Assembly (NCBI GenBank): GCA_002633005.1
Contig: NMRA01000062.1
Span: 729,981 to 793,980, forward strand
Direction of reading: 5' to 3'
Length of the DNA stretch: 64,000 nt
Origin: Phoronis australis
Lineage: Eukaryota; Animalia; Phoronida
The notes below the pieces were generated by a model. The model had not been told where the DNA came from. It did no database searches and saw only the letters and a list, made by a program, of their open reading frames with translations. Positions 35,157-48,700 of this stretch are shown here, in pieces. Every line of letters begins with the position of its first letter. Position 1 is the stretch's first letter. Both the position numbers and the translations under genes were made by a program.

Positions 35157-38100
35157 ATTGCCACTTGGTAAGCGGCTTAGAGAGGCTTTATCTGACTGTA
35201 CGTGTCGTGAAAACCGAAAGTCACGCTTCACAACACTTCCAATGAGTATCTTTGAGGATATTGTTACCACGAGAAAGCGGCGATAAAGTTAGATACAAGT
35301 CGAAGTTTGCGTCTGCGGCCGTGGAGGATAACAACACGGCATCAAATTGAATTCGATTCTGGCTGTTCTGGGTTGTTAAAAAATGCGAACATTTGTTCCC
35401 TCTGCGGTGCAGCACATTCATGGTTGTGAGTATTTCACTTATAATTACTCAACGAAGAATTCAAAATGACTGATCGGTAAAACGGAGTGAATTGTGCCGC
35501 CTGCATACCCGGCCAGAATTGCCCTGTACTGTTACCATGCACTTTGTTTTTGTATGAAGCGAGCAAAAGTTCTTGAGTCTTGAAATGGTTTAAGATATCA
35601 TATGTTCCTGACTACCCTTTTACAGTTGTACTTGAATCACCTTCGGGGTTTTGTTCTTTTTCTTTTGGTATGCACACGTAACAAAATTAGTTTTGTTGCA
35701 TAATACAGTGACTTTTTGTGCGCCACCATATTTATTTTGGGTGCATTGTGCCGTCATCTCCGTCCGTCCGTCCATGCTGTATCTCCGAAACCCCTTGACG
35801 TGTCATTCGTGAAATTTTGCAGATATGTTTCGTTCATGGATGGGACGGCATGGGCGAATTTTCGACCAACGGTGTTTTTTTTATCCTTCACTTGTTAGAG
35901 CGCCGACGACTCCATCGGTGACTGGCAGAAATATGGGAGCATATGCAGTAGCCGTCTCTCTGGTCAAATAAATACAGTTTGGCAATACATCTCCAAGTTG
36001 AGCTACCAACTAAATCTTCCTGTTCTAGCCGGATTTCTTGTAGTAGTCGATAATTATTTCCAAACGTTTGTTGACTTTTAACAGGGCACCATTTTCTGTT
36101 TAAAGACTCTAAACGATGTTCTGACGACTCAGTTAAACCTCATTCGGTACCGCTCTAATTCACCATTGGCGTCTCATTTGAGTCCGACTTTAATCAGAGC
36201 AGGATTCACCACCATCACTGCCACATACATGTAATGGATGTTACCGCTCTTTGGGGTGCCGTGCAACTCACTTGACATGCAGGTAACACGCCTGTCGCTA
36301 ATCAGACTTTGTAAGGTTTCGATGGCTACAAGAGAGCTGAGATCCGTTTCGTGGTTTTAGACTTAAAGAATTACGTCCAAAGACCGAAATGGGGCTCGGT
36401 AAGACCAGAGCTATTACGAACCAGAAAAGATTGTTTCATCAACACAAAATGGGATTTTGGCCTTTAATTCGGGTTTTGACATAGATGATCATACAAACTA
36501 CGCTTACGCTACCTTGATCTTGCCTAACTCCCCGGCTTTTGAAACAAAGAAAAATCTGTCGTCGACTTGGAAACAATACCCTCTTGACACACGCGCGAAC
36601 CATTTGCTAATTTTTTAAAAATCTTTTGGGAGGTGATGACAACGTCGCCGAAGCATCGTTAACTGATTTAATTTACTCTAGTTCTGCTTCATAGAACGGT
36701 GCATATTTATACAAGTTTGCACTAAGAGTAACCCGGTAGCAGGCTTAAATATTGCGGTCTTAAAGAGGCAGGCACAGAACGTGAAACCTCGTAAAAATAC
36801 CTTCACTTGAATAGATCGTGGCGATTCTACTTCTTGGGGGTTCACTATTTTAAAATACAGTCGAAATATCAATTGAATCATCATTATACGTTTTTAAATT
36901 CTGCAACCCTGATAACATATATGCGCGAATGCGCTCAAAGAAATCGGACTGGCTGCAGCTTGAAATTTCCATTGTTTTGTTTACGCCAAACAACAAAGGT
37001 CGCATTTTCCATATGAGGGACATGTGCTACTTCTGTGTTTTATTGTAGCAAATTAGGGGTCGTATTTCTTACCTTTTAGGAGAAAAATCGACGAAACGGC
37101 GAGTAATTGTCAGATCGTTTTTGAAATTTGAAACTGAAGGAAAATGCTTTCACATCAACAAAAATTCAAAATCTTTACAAACAAACCGTACAAATACCTT
37201 GTGAACAGTTTGACGTGTGTTTTGGTGGCAAAGCACCACTTTGAATAATGAAATCAAATAAATGTTGTAATGCCGTGCAGTTACCGACGAATAAACATAT
37301 AAAATAGTAAAACTAGTAAAACTAAAATTACGAGCGTTTTTCACGTTCCATGCCACCGACGTTAAGCTTTATTTTGGTCTGACTAAGTTAAAGGCAGAAA
37401 AGCTTCTTGATCCGGGCCTCTGTATGGGAAGGTCGTTTTTGATTTCTATTATTAGGCCAAAAGTCGACGTTGCAAACATCTTAAAATTTAATTGATTTTG
37501 TCATAGTTTATATCATTTCTAGGCTAAAATCGGACTTAACATTAAGGAGAACACAGTCTAATTTGGTTTATTCAGGAAACTCCATTCACACACCAAAATC
37601 TAATTCTTCCAAACGTTCTCTGCTGCCTGGGAACATCCTTTACTTTGTCAAAACGTTCACCTTTGCGCCTTGTTGCAATGACACCTCGTTTCGTTATAGA
37701 TAGGGAAAACGTTAGTTTAATGCAAAATTGTGGCAACTCTTTTAAGAGTTTGTTAAGAACCTCAAAGTTTTTGGTTTAAAGGCACAGACTTACACCAGAG
37801 TCTCGAAACTATCAAAGCTTCTTACTGGACCGTTTTTTGGCGATTCTAGTCATTGCTCCTGTGCTCTGCCGAGTCCCCAGATGTAAACATGCTATGCCAT
37901 TATGCAACCAGCTTAATATAAAATATTATTTGAGCGTGCAATTTTTTCATTTACTACATGTAACATTCACGAGAAATGGCTCGTGCCTTATTTCGTCACG
38001 AAGCACATTTTTGTACATACATGCGTCCTCTTGACCCTCTGGCGTCACCACTCGAATGAATGCAGTCACATCCGTTACCTACACTACAGCGTTGTTACCT

Positions 38101-38854
38101 AGTTAGAATCGACAAAACTATGAATAGTGGAGATTTGAACTGCAATAACCAAACATCCATCATTTTGTTTAGGAATGAGGCAAGAGAGGGGTCTTCATGT
38201 TTGCCGCTTTTTCACGGTTCCTGTTGAACGAATTTGTTTTGAAGGGATATTAAACCCGGCAGGCGCTTTACACGTTAATATAATACACCCTGAGGAGTGG
38301 ATTTTGCACGCCTGTTTGGTACATTTTTAACATTTAGAAATTCAATGAACGCCAAAATCCTACCCTATCCGCGTAACCCCACAACGTCATCAAGTCTTTA
38401 AAGATAACACCCGCGAAATTTTGTTGAATAATGGGTTGCTAAGAGTTTGGTGTTTGGCCGCGACATGTTTTTTTCCGTGAACTGCAAAAAGCACGTGCTT
38501 GTGCCGAAAGAGCTGATATGGTGGCGATAAGAAAGAATCTGACTTTTGGACTAAAGTGGTAACTGTTTGGTAAATTCAAGTGGCTTCATACCCCCCAATA
38601 CTGTTGATATTCCTACGGACATTATGCGTCAACAAAGAAGGGGGCTGGGGTAAAAGTGTTGTGGGGGCGGGGGTGTAGCTGACAAGTCACATCCGTCGAC
38701 GGGTGTTGCAGGTGGAGGTAATAGGGAGTTGAATGGGGATAGAGGGATTTAAAACTTGTGTAATTGTTCATGAAATATGTAAATTTTCAATCGGAGTGAG
38801 GGTATAGGTTACCAACATTTTTAAGTCTGGCCTGCACGCCACATAGGTCTGCCC

Positions 38855-38920
38855 CAACCAAACTCGAACCTAGGACCTGCTAACCTTGCGCGCTCTAGTC
38901 CACTGAGCCATCGGGACCAC
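38855..38920 (-). mobile_element. tRNA-derived SINE head; related copy at about 54520-54585
   Basis: Minus strand ggtcccgaTGGCTCAGTGGactagagc...aGGTTCGAGTttgg. Confidence 0.6.
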
Positions 38921-41088
38921 AAGTCGAAGCCAAAAATCCAATAAGACTTAGCGGTAGACATCCAACTAGTGAGTGAATGGGCAGGATGCCCACTGCTAAG
39001 TCTGACTGGATTCCTGTGTTCGACCAGAGGAGAGGCTACACTCATTGAATAGTATATTAATAATATTGGCATTAAAAGCTGTTGTACAAACTACATTCGC
39101 ACCTACGGCATTGATTTTGAAGTTATTAGTTGCGAACTTGGATTGAACATTGATCCACGCAGACGATGATATATTCTGCAAAAGGTCAATAGACTTTTTA
39201 CTATTAGTCTAAAGTAGAGTGGAAAGTGCCAAACATAGTTTCGAGTTTGAGTAGTTCGGAGATTAGACCTCGGGACCAGACGTTGCATTTTTAATTCAAG
39301 GAAGATAAAATTCTGTTCACGACTCAGGATTTCATTCTCCGTACTTCGAATAAACTTAAGTTTGCAATATTCGAAATGATTACAAAGTTTAGTAGGGCTG
39401 TGTTTACTCGGAATATGCCGTGTAATTGGTGAATTTTGGACTCGAGCCTCGAGACTGATATTAGGTCCCGGGGCCTGAAAGAAGATAAGTGCTTAATTAA
39501 AGGAGTCATACATGTATATACGTCCTATCAGCCGCCTTGCAAGTAATTGACTTAATATTTTTGTGCGAAATACAAATATACCATTGCCAATCCCTTGCGC
39601 TCACCGTGACGATGGGCGAATTCAGGAGACAATCTAATATTGACGCCATTAAAATTTCGCGATGAGAAGGCAAATCTGGCGTCTAGTTTGGTGTGGGCGA
39701 TACAAATGTAGTTCACAAGTGACTGTTTACTTACAGAGGGTCAGACGCCTGAGCTTTCCTCTGATGGAACGAAATCTGAACGCTGTGTAAAAGTTATTGA
39801 ACCCATGTAAATCTGGGCTGCGCTACTAGACCCCAAGACATTAGCCGCAATATGCTGGGAAATCTTCGCCATGGATTGGAAATGATTTCAGTCCCGTAAT
39901 AATGCATTTAAACCTAACCGACCAATCGCTTCAGTGGCTGATGTTATGCTTGGGCGGGTTAGTAATGGCCCGGGCATACTTGAGAACAACTCGCCGTTCA
40001 CAGGTGGGGCTTTGCGAGATCTTTGTTTTCTCGCAAGATATTTGATGTACGTAACGCTAACCTGGTCACCTGCTATTGTGGAATTAAAGCGTCCCATGAG
40101 CAACAAAGTATTGTTCTAAAAATCCTCTTAGGCGAGGGCATTGTCGTCAGTTGCTCACTTGAATTACCGTTCGTCACAATTGATGTTGTCACAGGCTTTA
40201 AAAATGATTTTCATACTCGGTCCAAATTTTTGAGAGTTGAGGATTGTGAAGCCACATTTTGTTTCCATTGAATGTGGATAGGTTTAAACCGTCAAAGCAC
40301 TTTAGTTATTTACTAAGTTTAAAGTACCTACAGTGGGTTGTTATGCACGTGCACGATCAACTTATAATGTAAAAATAAAAGAAAACGTGGTACGTTGTAT
40401 TCATATATATGTGTTTATTTGCAATACATGTCCCTACATGACCCTTATCCAGTGATATCTTATACATACTTACTGTATATTGCTTACATTTGTGCTTACG
40501 CTGTAAGTTTCAGTCACAAATTTGCAGAGCTGAAAGAGCTTCAGTTTGAAACGGATAACTACATATCAGTCAGTTCCAGAGGAATCTCATGCAGGAAGGC
40601 AAACGTGTTTTGAAGTTAATCAAGTGTCCCTGAAATTGTATTAATCATGCATGCGTCACGCCGGAAGTGACGTTTGCGGCCCAGGTTTTTTGCTCACCAT
40701 TTTTATTGTACTCTAGTTACGAAACATTCCTGTAATTATTTGACATTCGACGAGTTTTCTTAGACATTGTTAGATTGAATGAGAACCCACTTGAGTCGGA
40801 GTTAGCCGTTGTTTGATCTGCAGTGGATATGGCTAGAGTCCACTGATAACCGAATTTGAGACTAAGAGGACGACACGGCAAATTCTTTCACAATCAGACA
40901 GCAGGAACGTTGTTTGTCTGAATCGGAGTACAAGATGAGACAGCGACCGAAACAAGTGAATAAGTCGTCAAGGCCAGAATTAAAGGGACGTCTTTGTGCA
41001 AGGTATATTGTCATAACACCCTCGGTGAAATGTGAACAATGTTTCGAGTACGTAGTGGCTAAACATTGCTGTTTAATGTAGAGCTGCA

Positions 41089-41241
41089 GGGCCCAGTTGT
41101 ATAAAAGTTATACGCCGTATAGCAACAATGACGTGGCATTATCACGCATCACGTTGTTATTGTTGAACAATGCACCTGACGTCATGCAACAATCAAACTA
41201 ATTCAGCGGATAACTTTTGAAGCTTTATGCAACTCAGCCCT
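41089..41241. mobile_element. Short Harbinger-like MITE
   Basis: gggcccagttgtataaa / tttatgcaactcagccc inverted ends. Confidence 0.55.
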
Positions 41242-41449
41242 GGTCATAGTCTCTGAGCTGGATACACCACCAGCACGTGGTGAAGCTGTGCCGATTACTG
41301 TCCCTGGACTCTCCGGTATCTGTTCGTACTCACGACACCAACTCCGTAACCTTTGGTAGCTGCAGTGTCTTGAGCAACTTGCGACGCTTCACGTCTCATC
41401 TTTCTTCATAACAAGTATCAGGGATACCTCGGTGGTGTCTGGGTACACT

Positions 41450-41650
41450 TTTCCCTTCGTAATTAGCGCAGGAATGTTTGCTGCACTCACAATTATTTGC
41501 ATGATCGGCAACTCTGCCTTCTTGACGCGAACTTGCGAATTCCAACATATCTTTTCATCTACAGGGCATCGGTGAAACGAAGCACCCATGCTCATAACGT
41601 GAGTGCGTGCATCATTGTACGCACCAACCGCCGAACGGATAAAATAAGAC
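41450..41650 (-). pseudogene. Decayed THAP-domain fragment of a DNA transposon; partial copy at 26610-26740
   Basis: GASFHRCPVDEK (SFHRFP-like), followed after a frameshift by CECSKH. Confidence 0.5.
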
Positions 41651-42717
41651 AATGAGACGGAGAAATAACAGCCTAACCTGACAAACACAATGCCACCTCC
41701 GATGTCAAACAAAGGTGGCGTGGCAGGAACTGCTCTGAGCCATCGAAGTCACTTCCGGACCGTCGCAAACATAATTTAGTAGATATACGGGAAATTCGAT
41801 CAACTTTAAAATGTGTCTATTATAACCAGAATTACAAGTAGCATTTTAACCAAAAACGTGGTTGCCTCCTTAAACTGCAATGATAAAAATCGTAAACATA
41901 GTCTCTATAAAGAAAGCAAATTAAATTAAAATGATATTAAACCTTGTTATGGTGATCTCCATCAGTCCTCGTGCTGGCACCTAATAATGCAACATCGGCG
42001 TTCAAATTAATTGATGAAAACAATATTCAACCAAAAACTAATACCCAGAAAATCGACAACTCACAACAGTGACCTTAATGAGTTCTGTCTTCATGAAGGC
42101 CGCTGCCAAATTATTCATAGAAAATAACTGTAAATAATTCTAGTCAAGATAACTAATTACCGATAGTATTTGATGAGCTTCTATATGTTTCTTCGTAAAT
42201 AGTTTCCATGCGAAGAAAGCCCGACCTTGCAACATAAGGTTAGAAAGATATAGAGTGCAATGCAATCCTTACACTATATCGAATCGCATTTCCCACGCGT
42301 CTACCAATATATATCACCATATTAACGTATATTATATATTTCAGGTATAAAGAAAACATTCTGTCTAATTCACTGCTCCGCAAGAAGAAAGAAATCAAAA
42401 AAAGAAAGCTAATGGTTCGTGCTAAAACATGCAAGTGAGTGTTTTTTCAGGAATGACGCCGCATCCATTTTGAACACTGAGGTCCCCCATTAGAATAGTA
42501 TTTGCTTCCCCTCGTCCAATCGTTAATGAGCTGGGAAAGGTATGTCAATAGGTAGAGCAACTGATTTCATCACAACCTGGGGCGTTTTTTCTCATGTTTG
42601 TTGCGATGAATTTACTACTGAAAAATCTTTTGTCAGGTATCAAAATATTTCAGTGGCGCACAAGCTTTTGCGCATGGCTGTGTTAGGTTTGCACCTTACT
42701 CATCATTATTTTTACTC

Positions 42718-45700
42718 TCAAATTTCCGTCGTGTCAACGGCGTTTGATGAATTCGCAGCTGCCTGACCGTTTAAGTTAATGCCAATGGCAAATGTGTTGT
42801 TACTGGCTTCCGGTAAATCTGTTAACACGGAGATACCGCCCCCAGTCGCCATGTTACTTGCGCCCCCATTTGTTAGCATCGCGCTCTCGTCTCCGTCGAT
42901 GCTTAGGTCAACATCCGCGGTCACGGCAGGCTTTAGTGTCGCATCATTGTTACACGAACTGTTGACGTCAGGGCCGCTCTCCTCTTCAGAGTCGTCTTTG
43001 GAAATTCGAAGTTTCTTCGCAATGCCGTTGAAGAAATTGGAAAATCGTTTTTTGGCGTGCGAACCGTCCGAAGAAACATTCACACTAGGTTGCAACGTAG
43101 CTGATTTAGGACTGAGTTCCGCGGACGCGCTGCTTTGAGAATGCAAATGTGTTGTTTCTAGAGTTGTCGACTTAATTCCAATTCCCACCCCAGCTTTGTC
43201 TCCAAGCTTACCGTTACCATTGCCAGGACTGATTTTGTCATGGTTTGTTTTCTTCTTGGAAGCATTTCTTTTTTCATTCCGAGATTTTTTTTTCTTGGTC
43301 GTTTTATTGACTAACACCTTTGGGGTACTTGTGTGGACACCTGTGTTAAAATTCACCTTTGTGTCGTCATCTGCCTCGCTTGATAACGACAGTCGCCGTT
43401 TCAGTTTCCCGAAAAACCCTTTTCCTGTTCTTTTTCCATTTCCTTTTACGGTAGCTCTGCCGTCCACTGACACATCGATATCACCAGACAAATGTGAACT
43501 ATCCATTGCTATATTGGGATCGTGTTGACCTGCTCTTGTGCCAGCAGCTGCATCTAGACTAGCAGAGGGAGAAGGCAACCTGGGACTAGGGGACTGATTT
43601 AGTCCTCTTACAGTATGTGACCCCGAGGCTTCAACATCCAAACCGATTGTATCCCGGTCAGTATCGATTTTCACGTCGTCGTTGCTTTTGTCATTTGACA
43701 AAGAAAATCTACGTTTAACTTTGTCAAAGAAATCAGAGATTTTTTCTTTTAGACTGGTGTCTTCTTCGGTAGTTGGTAAACTCCCTTCCCCGGCTACATC
43801 ACAGTCAATGTTTAAAGACGGGTTATCAATCGAATAACGAATGCCGGTATCTTTGTCAATATTCACGTCTCCAAGCGCATTCGCAGACTGATTCTGTTCG
43901 GAAATGCCAGCACCACTTCCCAAACTGACCCTTCCCTTGGTAGTAGTGTTGGCCGAGGACCTGTCCAAGTTGAGACTGCCACTTGTCTTGATATCCGGTA
44001 TAGGGTCATTTATTCCATTAACATTCACATCGGGAGACCCATACTCCGCACTGGGCGTTGAAAAATGTATTCCAGAAACAGCCTCGTCAACAGGTTTTTC
44101 TACATCGAGTATGGGTTTTCTTGTCTTCGCGTCAAAATTTAAGTCTTTACCTCCTGTTTGAAATCTCGGTAGTTCGGCTTCTATGTTTCTGTCCTTAATT
44201 TCTATGTCCGCATTCACGTTAATATCTTCAGTTGTGCTTGAGAAGCTGGGTTTTACTTTATCCACCAAACCAACATCTTCATCATTTAAATTAAAATCTG
44301 CATCTACTGAAGCACTTGCTGTCGCTTCGCAATCTTGTTTCCCCGATAAACGTTTTTTAAGCCTACAGAAAAACCCATGCTTAGACTTTCGGGGAGATAC
44401 CATTCCAACATCTCCTACCTTTCCGGTAGCGTTAAATTCTAAATTAGGACTACCACCCGCTGAAACGTCACTGTCAATTTTCATATTTGGCTGAAAAACT
44501 TTTACGCCCGACGGCAAACGAGGTCTTCCAATATCACATGACAAATCGATTGGCTCAAGTGCTCTATCGGCATGTACACTCACGTCACAGTCATCCTTCA
44601 ACACATCTGTATTAAAATCTCCACCTACCGGAACAGACATTCCGCCGCTCAAGGACATATCTTTATGAACCTGCGGCTTGTCAATATCTGTCACCGCTTC
44701 CAATTCAAGCTTTGGACTACCCAGGGTTATGCTACGATCACTGTTGGCTTTACCATTTAACGAAAAGCCCATGCCATTTTTTGGCATGTCACAATCTACG
44801 TTGCCCGTCTTGAGAACAGCTACAGAGGATCCTAGACCTAGACCTGGGTCTTCATTAGGCATGCCAACTCCTCCAGGGTGACTGTGTTTCCAGCCTAAAG
44901 AACCACAGTTGCCAATACTTGGCTTATCAAAATCTGCTGACAAGCCAACTTCAGACTTTCCCTCTGGCAGACTCAATTCTCCAGAAATATTTTCTTTACC
45001 GGACAAGGTGAAGTCTTCATCAGTATTTGAATCCCCAATAGTTCTTGACTCCCCTGTAATGGGCGTCGTTCCGTGCAAACCAAATTTTCCAGAAACATCA
45101 TGTTCACGTTCCAAAGACAGGCTTTTATCAAGGTTCGTTTTTCCTTGATAATTGCCACCAAGTCCCACCTTTACACTGGGAAGACATGCTTCTGTATTTT
45201 CTTCCTCACCTTTTGCACCCAAGGAAATATTTGGAAACTGTATGTTTGTAGTCACTTCAGGCTTAACAGTAACGGACATGTCACTGCTAATGTCAGTGTC
45301 AACCTTAGAACCCAAATTAATGTTGGCGTCATCGTTCTTACTTGGACTAGAGAATCGATTTTTGACACCATCAAAGAAATCGGAAATTTTGTCTTTTAAG
45401 TTGAAATCCGCATCTGATGATATGCTTGTGTCGGGGTTTTTCGCACTTAGCTGGACATCTGGTGAAATGCTAGTACTGGCGTTTCCATTTATGATGTCAT
45501 CGGGGATGTCAACTTCCAATCCACCACTTTTCACGTCTGCGTCAACTTGATTACTGAATGAAATATCTGGTGTGTCTAGGTCAATGTCACCTGTTATATT
45601 GGGTTTAGACTTGTGCTTGCCTGAAACTCGCCTTTTGAGTTTACCAAAAAGACCACCCTTGACTTTTTTCTTTCCGGAGAGATTGATATCCACACGCGTT

Positions 45701-48700
45701 TCTGGAACTGTTGGTTGTGATTTAGATATGTTTGTGTCGCCAGAATCAGAACCCCCTAATCCTAAATTTCCACCTAATGAGAGGTCTTTGTGAACGTTTG
45801 GTGTGTCTTTATCTGTAGAAAATTCTAGTTTAGCTTCGCCACTGGGCAGACCGAACCCACCAGAAACACTATTTTTGTCAGTACTTGGTCCATCAATACC
45901 TCCAGATGGTCCAGTGAGAGAAGTCTCTCCCTGTAGACCAATTTCTCCAGAAACGTTATGTTTACTTCCCAAGGAGACGTTTTTATCCACATATGGGAGG
46001 CCGGAATTATTACCATTCAGCCCCACATTTACAGTGGGAAGATTCATTGCTGCCTGTCCCTTCACCGATTCACTTGCGTTCGAAAGGTTTGGAGTATGAA
46101 TATCCGAAGTGATTTCAGGTTTTATATGATGAGACGTATCAGTGTCAAGGTCAACTTCGAGTTTGGAACCTAAACTAATATTAGCGTCGTTGTCTTCATT
46201 AGATCTTGAGAATCGCTTTTTGAAACCATCAAAGAAACCGGAAATTTTGTCTTTTAAGTTGAAGTCCGTATCTGATGAAATGCTTGCGTCGGGATTCTTA
46301 ACACTTAGTTTGACATCTGGCGAGATGTTGGCACTGACATCTCCCTTCATATCACCGGTAACGCCACCCTCGAGTCCTCTACTTTTCACGTTTGCGTCCA
46401 GCTGATTATTCAATGAAATATCAGGAAGGTTAGCGTCAATATCACCTGTTGCGCTATATTTGTGTGCGCCTGACCTGCGTTTTTTCATTTTACCAAAAAG
46501 TCCACCTTTGGTTCTTTTCTTACCTGATAAATTAATATCCATTTTCGGTTCTGGAACTTTCAACTCTTCTCCAGACCCGACAGCAAATCCTATGTTCCCG
46601 CCTAGTGACGAATCTTTGTCAAGATCGGGCGTGTCTACATTTGTAGACAATCCCAACTTTGACGGCCCACTTAGGAGATTATCAGCGCCAGAAACGTTAT
46701 GTTCATCGCCTAGAGAGAGGCCGCTTCCAATACCGATTGTCAATTCATCATTTGTAGACATGTCGAGTTCAGGTTTTTTATTCGCCATATCGATTTCTCC
46801 AGAAACTCGCAGTTTATTATCAATTGGCAGGCCAGTGTCCATTGGCGTCATATCCACGTCTTCATCACCAAGCTCAAGCGTTCCACTAGGAAAAGTACCA
46901 TGCTTCTTTCCACCTTTAACCCCCAATGAAACGGTTGGTGCACTGGGTGTAGAGAAGTTGGTATCAAGAGAGATGTCTGCAGACGGTTTTGCATTTAGGT
47001 TTGTAGACATGTCACCGTTTCCATCGAAGTTCAGTTTGGGATCTAAATCCACGCCAGTGTGTCCTTCTTTACTTGGACTAGAAAAGCATGCCTTCAAACC
47101 ATCAAATGAGCCTGTAACATCTTTTTCTTGTCCGACACTGGCGTCCACATCAACACCAACATTTACAGCAGTTTTAGATTTACGTTTGCCAGACAAACGT
47201 CTTTTGAGCTTTCCAAAAAGGCCGCGTTCATGTTTACTCTTCTTATCGGGAGAATCAATGTGTATATCAGAGTGTGGTATTTCAAGAGTTGCTTCAGGAC
47301 AGCTTGTGTTACCATGGATATTTCCATCCGAAAACCCAAAGGAGAGCTCTCCGTCGCTATTTGGCCGTCCAGTACGAGCACACAAACCAACTTCAGGCTC
47401 CGCGCTTGGCAGGTTAATACCTCCGGATATTCCACCCTTGTCAATGCCTGCAGGGAGATCAATTTGCATATTAGTACCTCCAGAAACATTCACATTCTGT
47501 ACAGAGGGGAATTTGTTTTCAATATTCGTTTTTTCGACATCTGCGGACACCTTAAAACCTAGGTCCTCGCCTCTACCACTACAAACATCTCTGTTCTCGC
47601 CCAAAGCAATGCTTTTTGCATTGTCAAGATCAGCATTCAGTTCAATTTTTGGCGTTTTACCATGTTCGCCTTCTAGGGAAACATGTTGGGTTAGACTCGG
47701 ATTTTCCGCGTTTTCATGACCAATTCCCAATTTCGCAGTCGGCAGGTTAAAGCTGGGTTGCTCTTTGATTCCGCCAAACGCTATTTCGTTGTTGGATTTA
47801 TCTCCCGACAGCTCAATTTCGGGGAATTCAACAGTTCCTTTTTCACCAGAATTCAATTCAAGGGACATGTCTTCACGCCCACCAATATCAAGATCCGAAT
47901 TAACGTTCACGTTAACGTTGCATTCTTTCTTTGGACTAGTGAATCGATTTTTTATCCCGTCAAAGAAACCTATGATTTTGTCTTTAACGTCAAAATCGGA
48001 CGAACTACTTGTGTCTAGGCTCACATCCACTGAAGTATCTACATCCGCAGCCCCGGTGATGACGTCCCCTGACACGTTTGCATCGGCATCTACATTACCC
48101 ATTACAGCTTCACCTGGCATGTCTACATCAATTTGGCCTGTGATATCAGGTTTATTTTTCTGTTTGTCCGATAATCGCCTTTTGATCTTACCGAAAATGC
48201 CACCTTTGTGTTTCCCTTTCTTCAAAGGTGTCTTGGGAGATTTTCCATCAGATAAGCCTTCTTCAATATTTGGTGTGTCAATTTCAGCAGAAAATCCAAG
48301 ACCAGGTATACTACTGGAAATACCAAATCCGCTTTCTTTTTGATTTCCTCCATCACTCCCAATTCCAATGTCTTTGTCCACAGTTGGCGTGTCAATTTTA
48401 CCAGATATTCCACCCTCACTTCCGATTCCGATGTCTTTGTCAACATTGGGCATGTCCGTTTTACCTGATATTCCAAGTCCAGGTACATTACCGGAAAGAC
48501 CAAAACCGCTTTCCTCTTCCTTTCCTCCCCGACTTCCGATTGCGATGTCTTTGTCAACATTTGGCGTGTCAATTCCAGCAGTTATTCCTAATCCACCAAT
48601 TCCACCGGGAAGACCAAAACCACTATCTTCTTCATTTGCTCCCTCACTTCCGATTCCAATGTCTTTCTCAACATTTGGCATGTCCGTTTTAGCAGATATT

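Larger units (their letters stand above)
26741..41598 (+). repeat. Tandem segmental duplication, copy 2 (about 15 kb)
   Basis: Junction ...gctcataac|tttctttgatg... joins sequence homologous to 41590 with sequence homologous to 11720. Confidence 0.88.

Noticed and set aside
39700-40300. Coding-looking stretch with several short ORFs
   Set aside because: No recognisable motif in the frames I translated, frequent stops, and no counterpart in duplicate copy 1.
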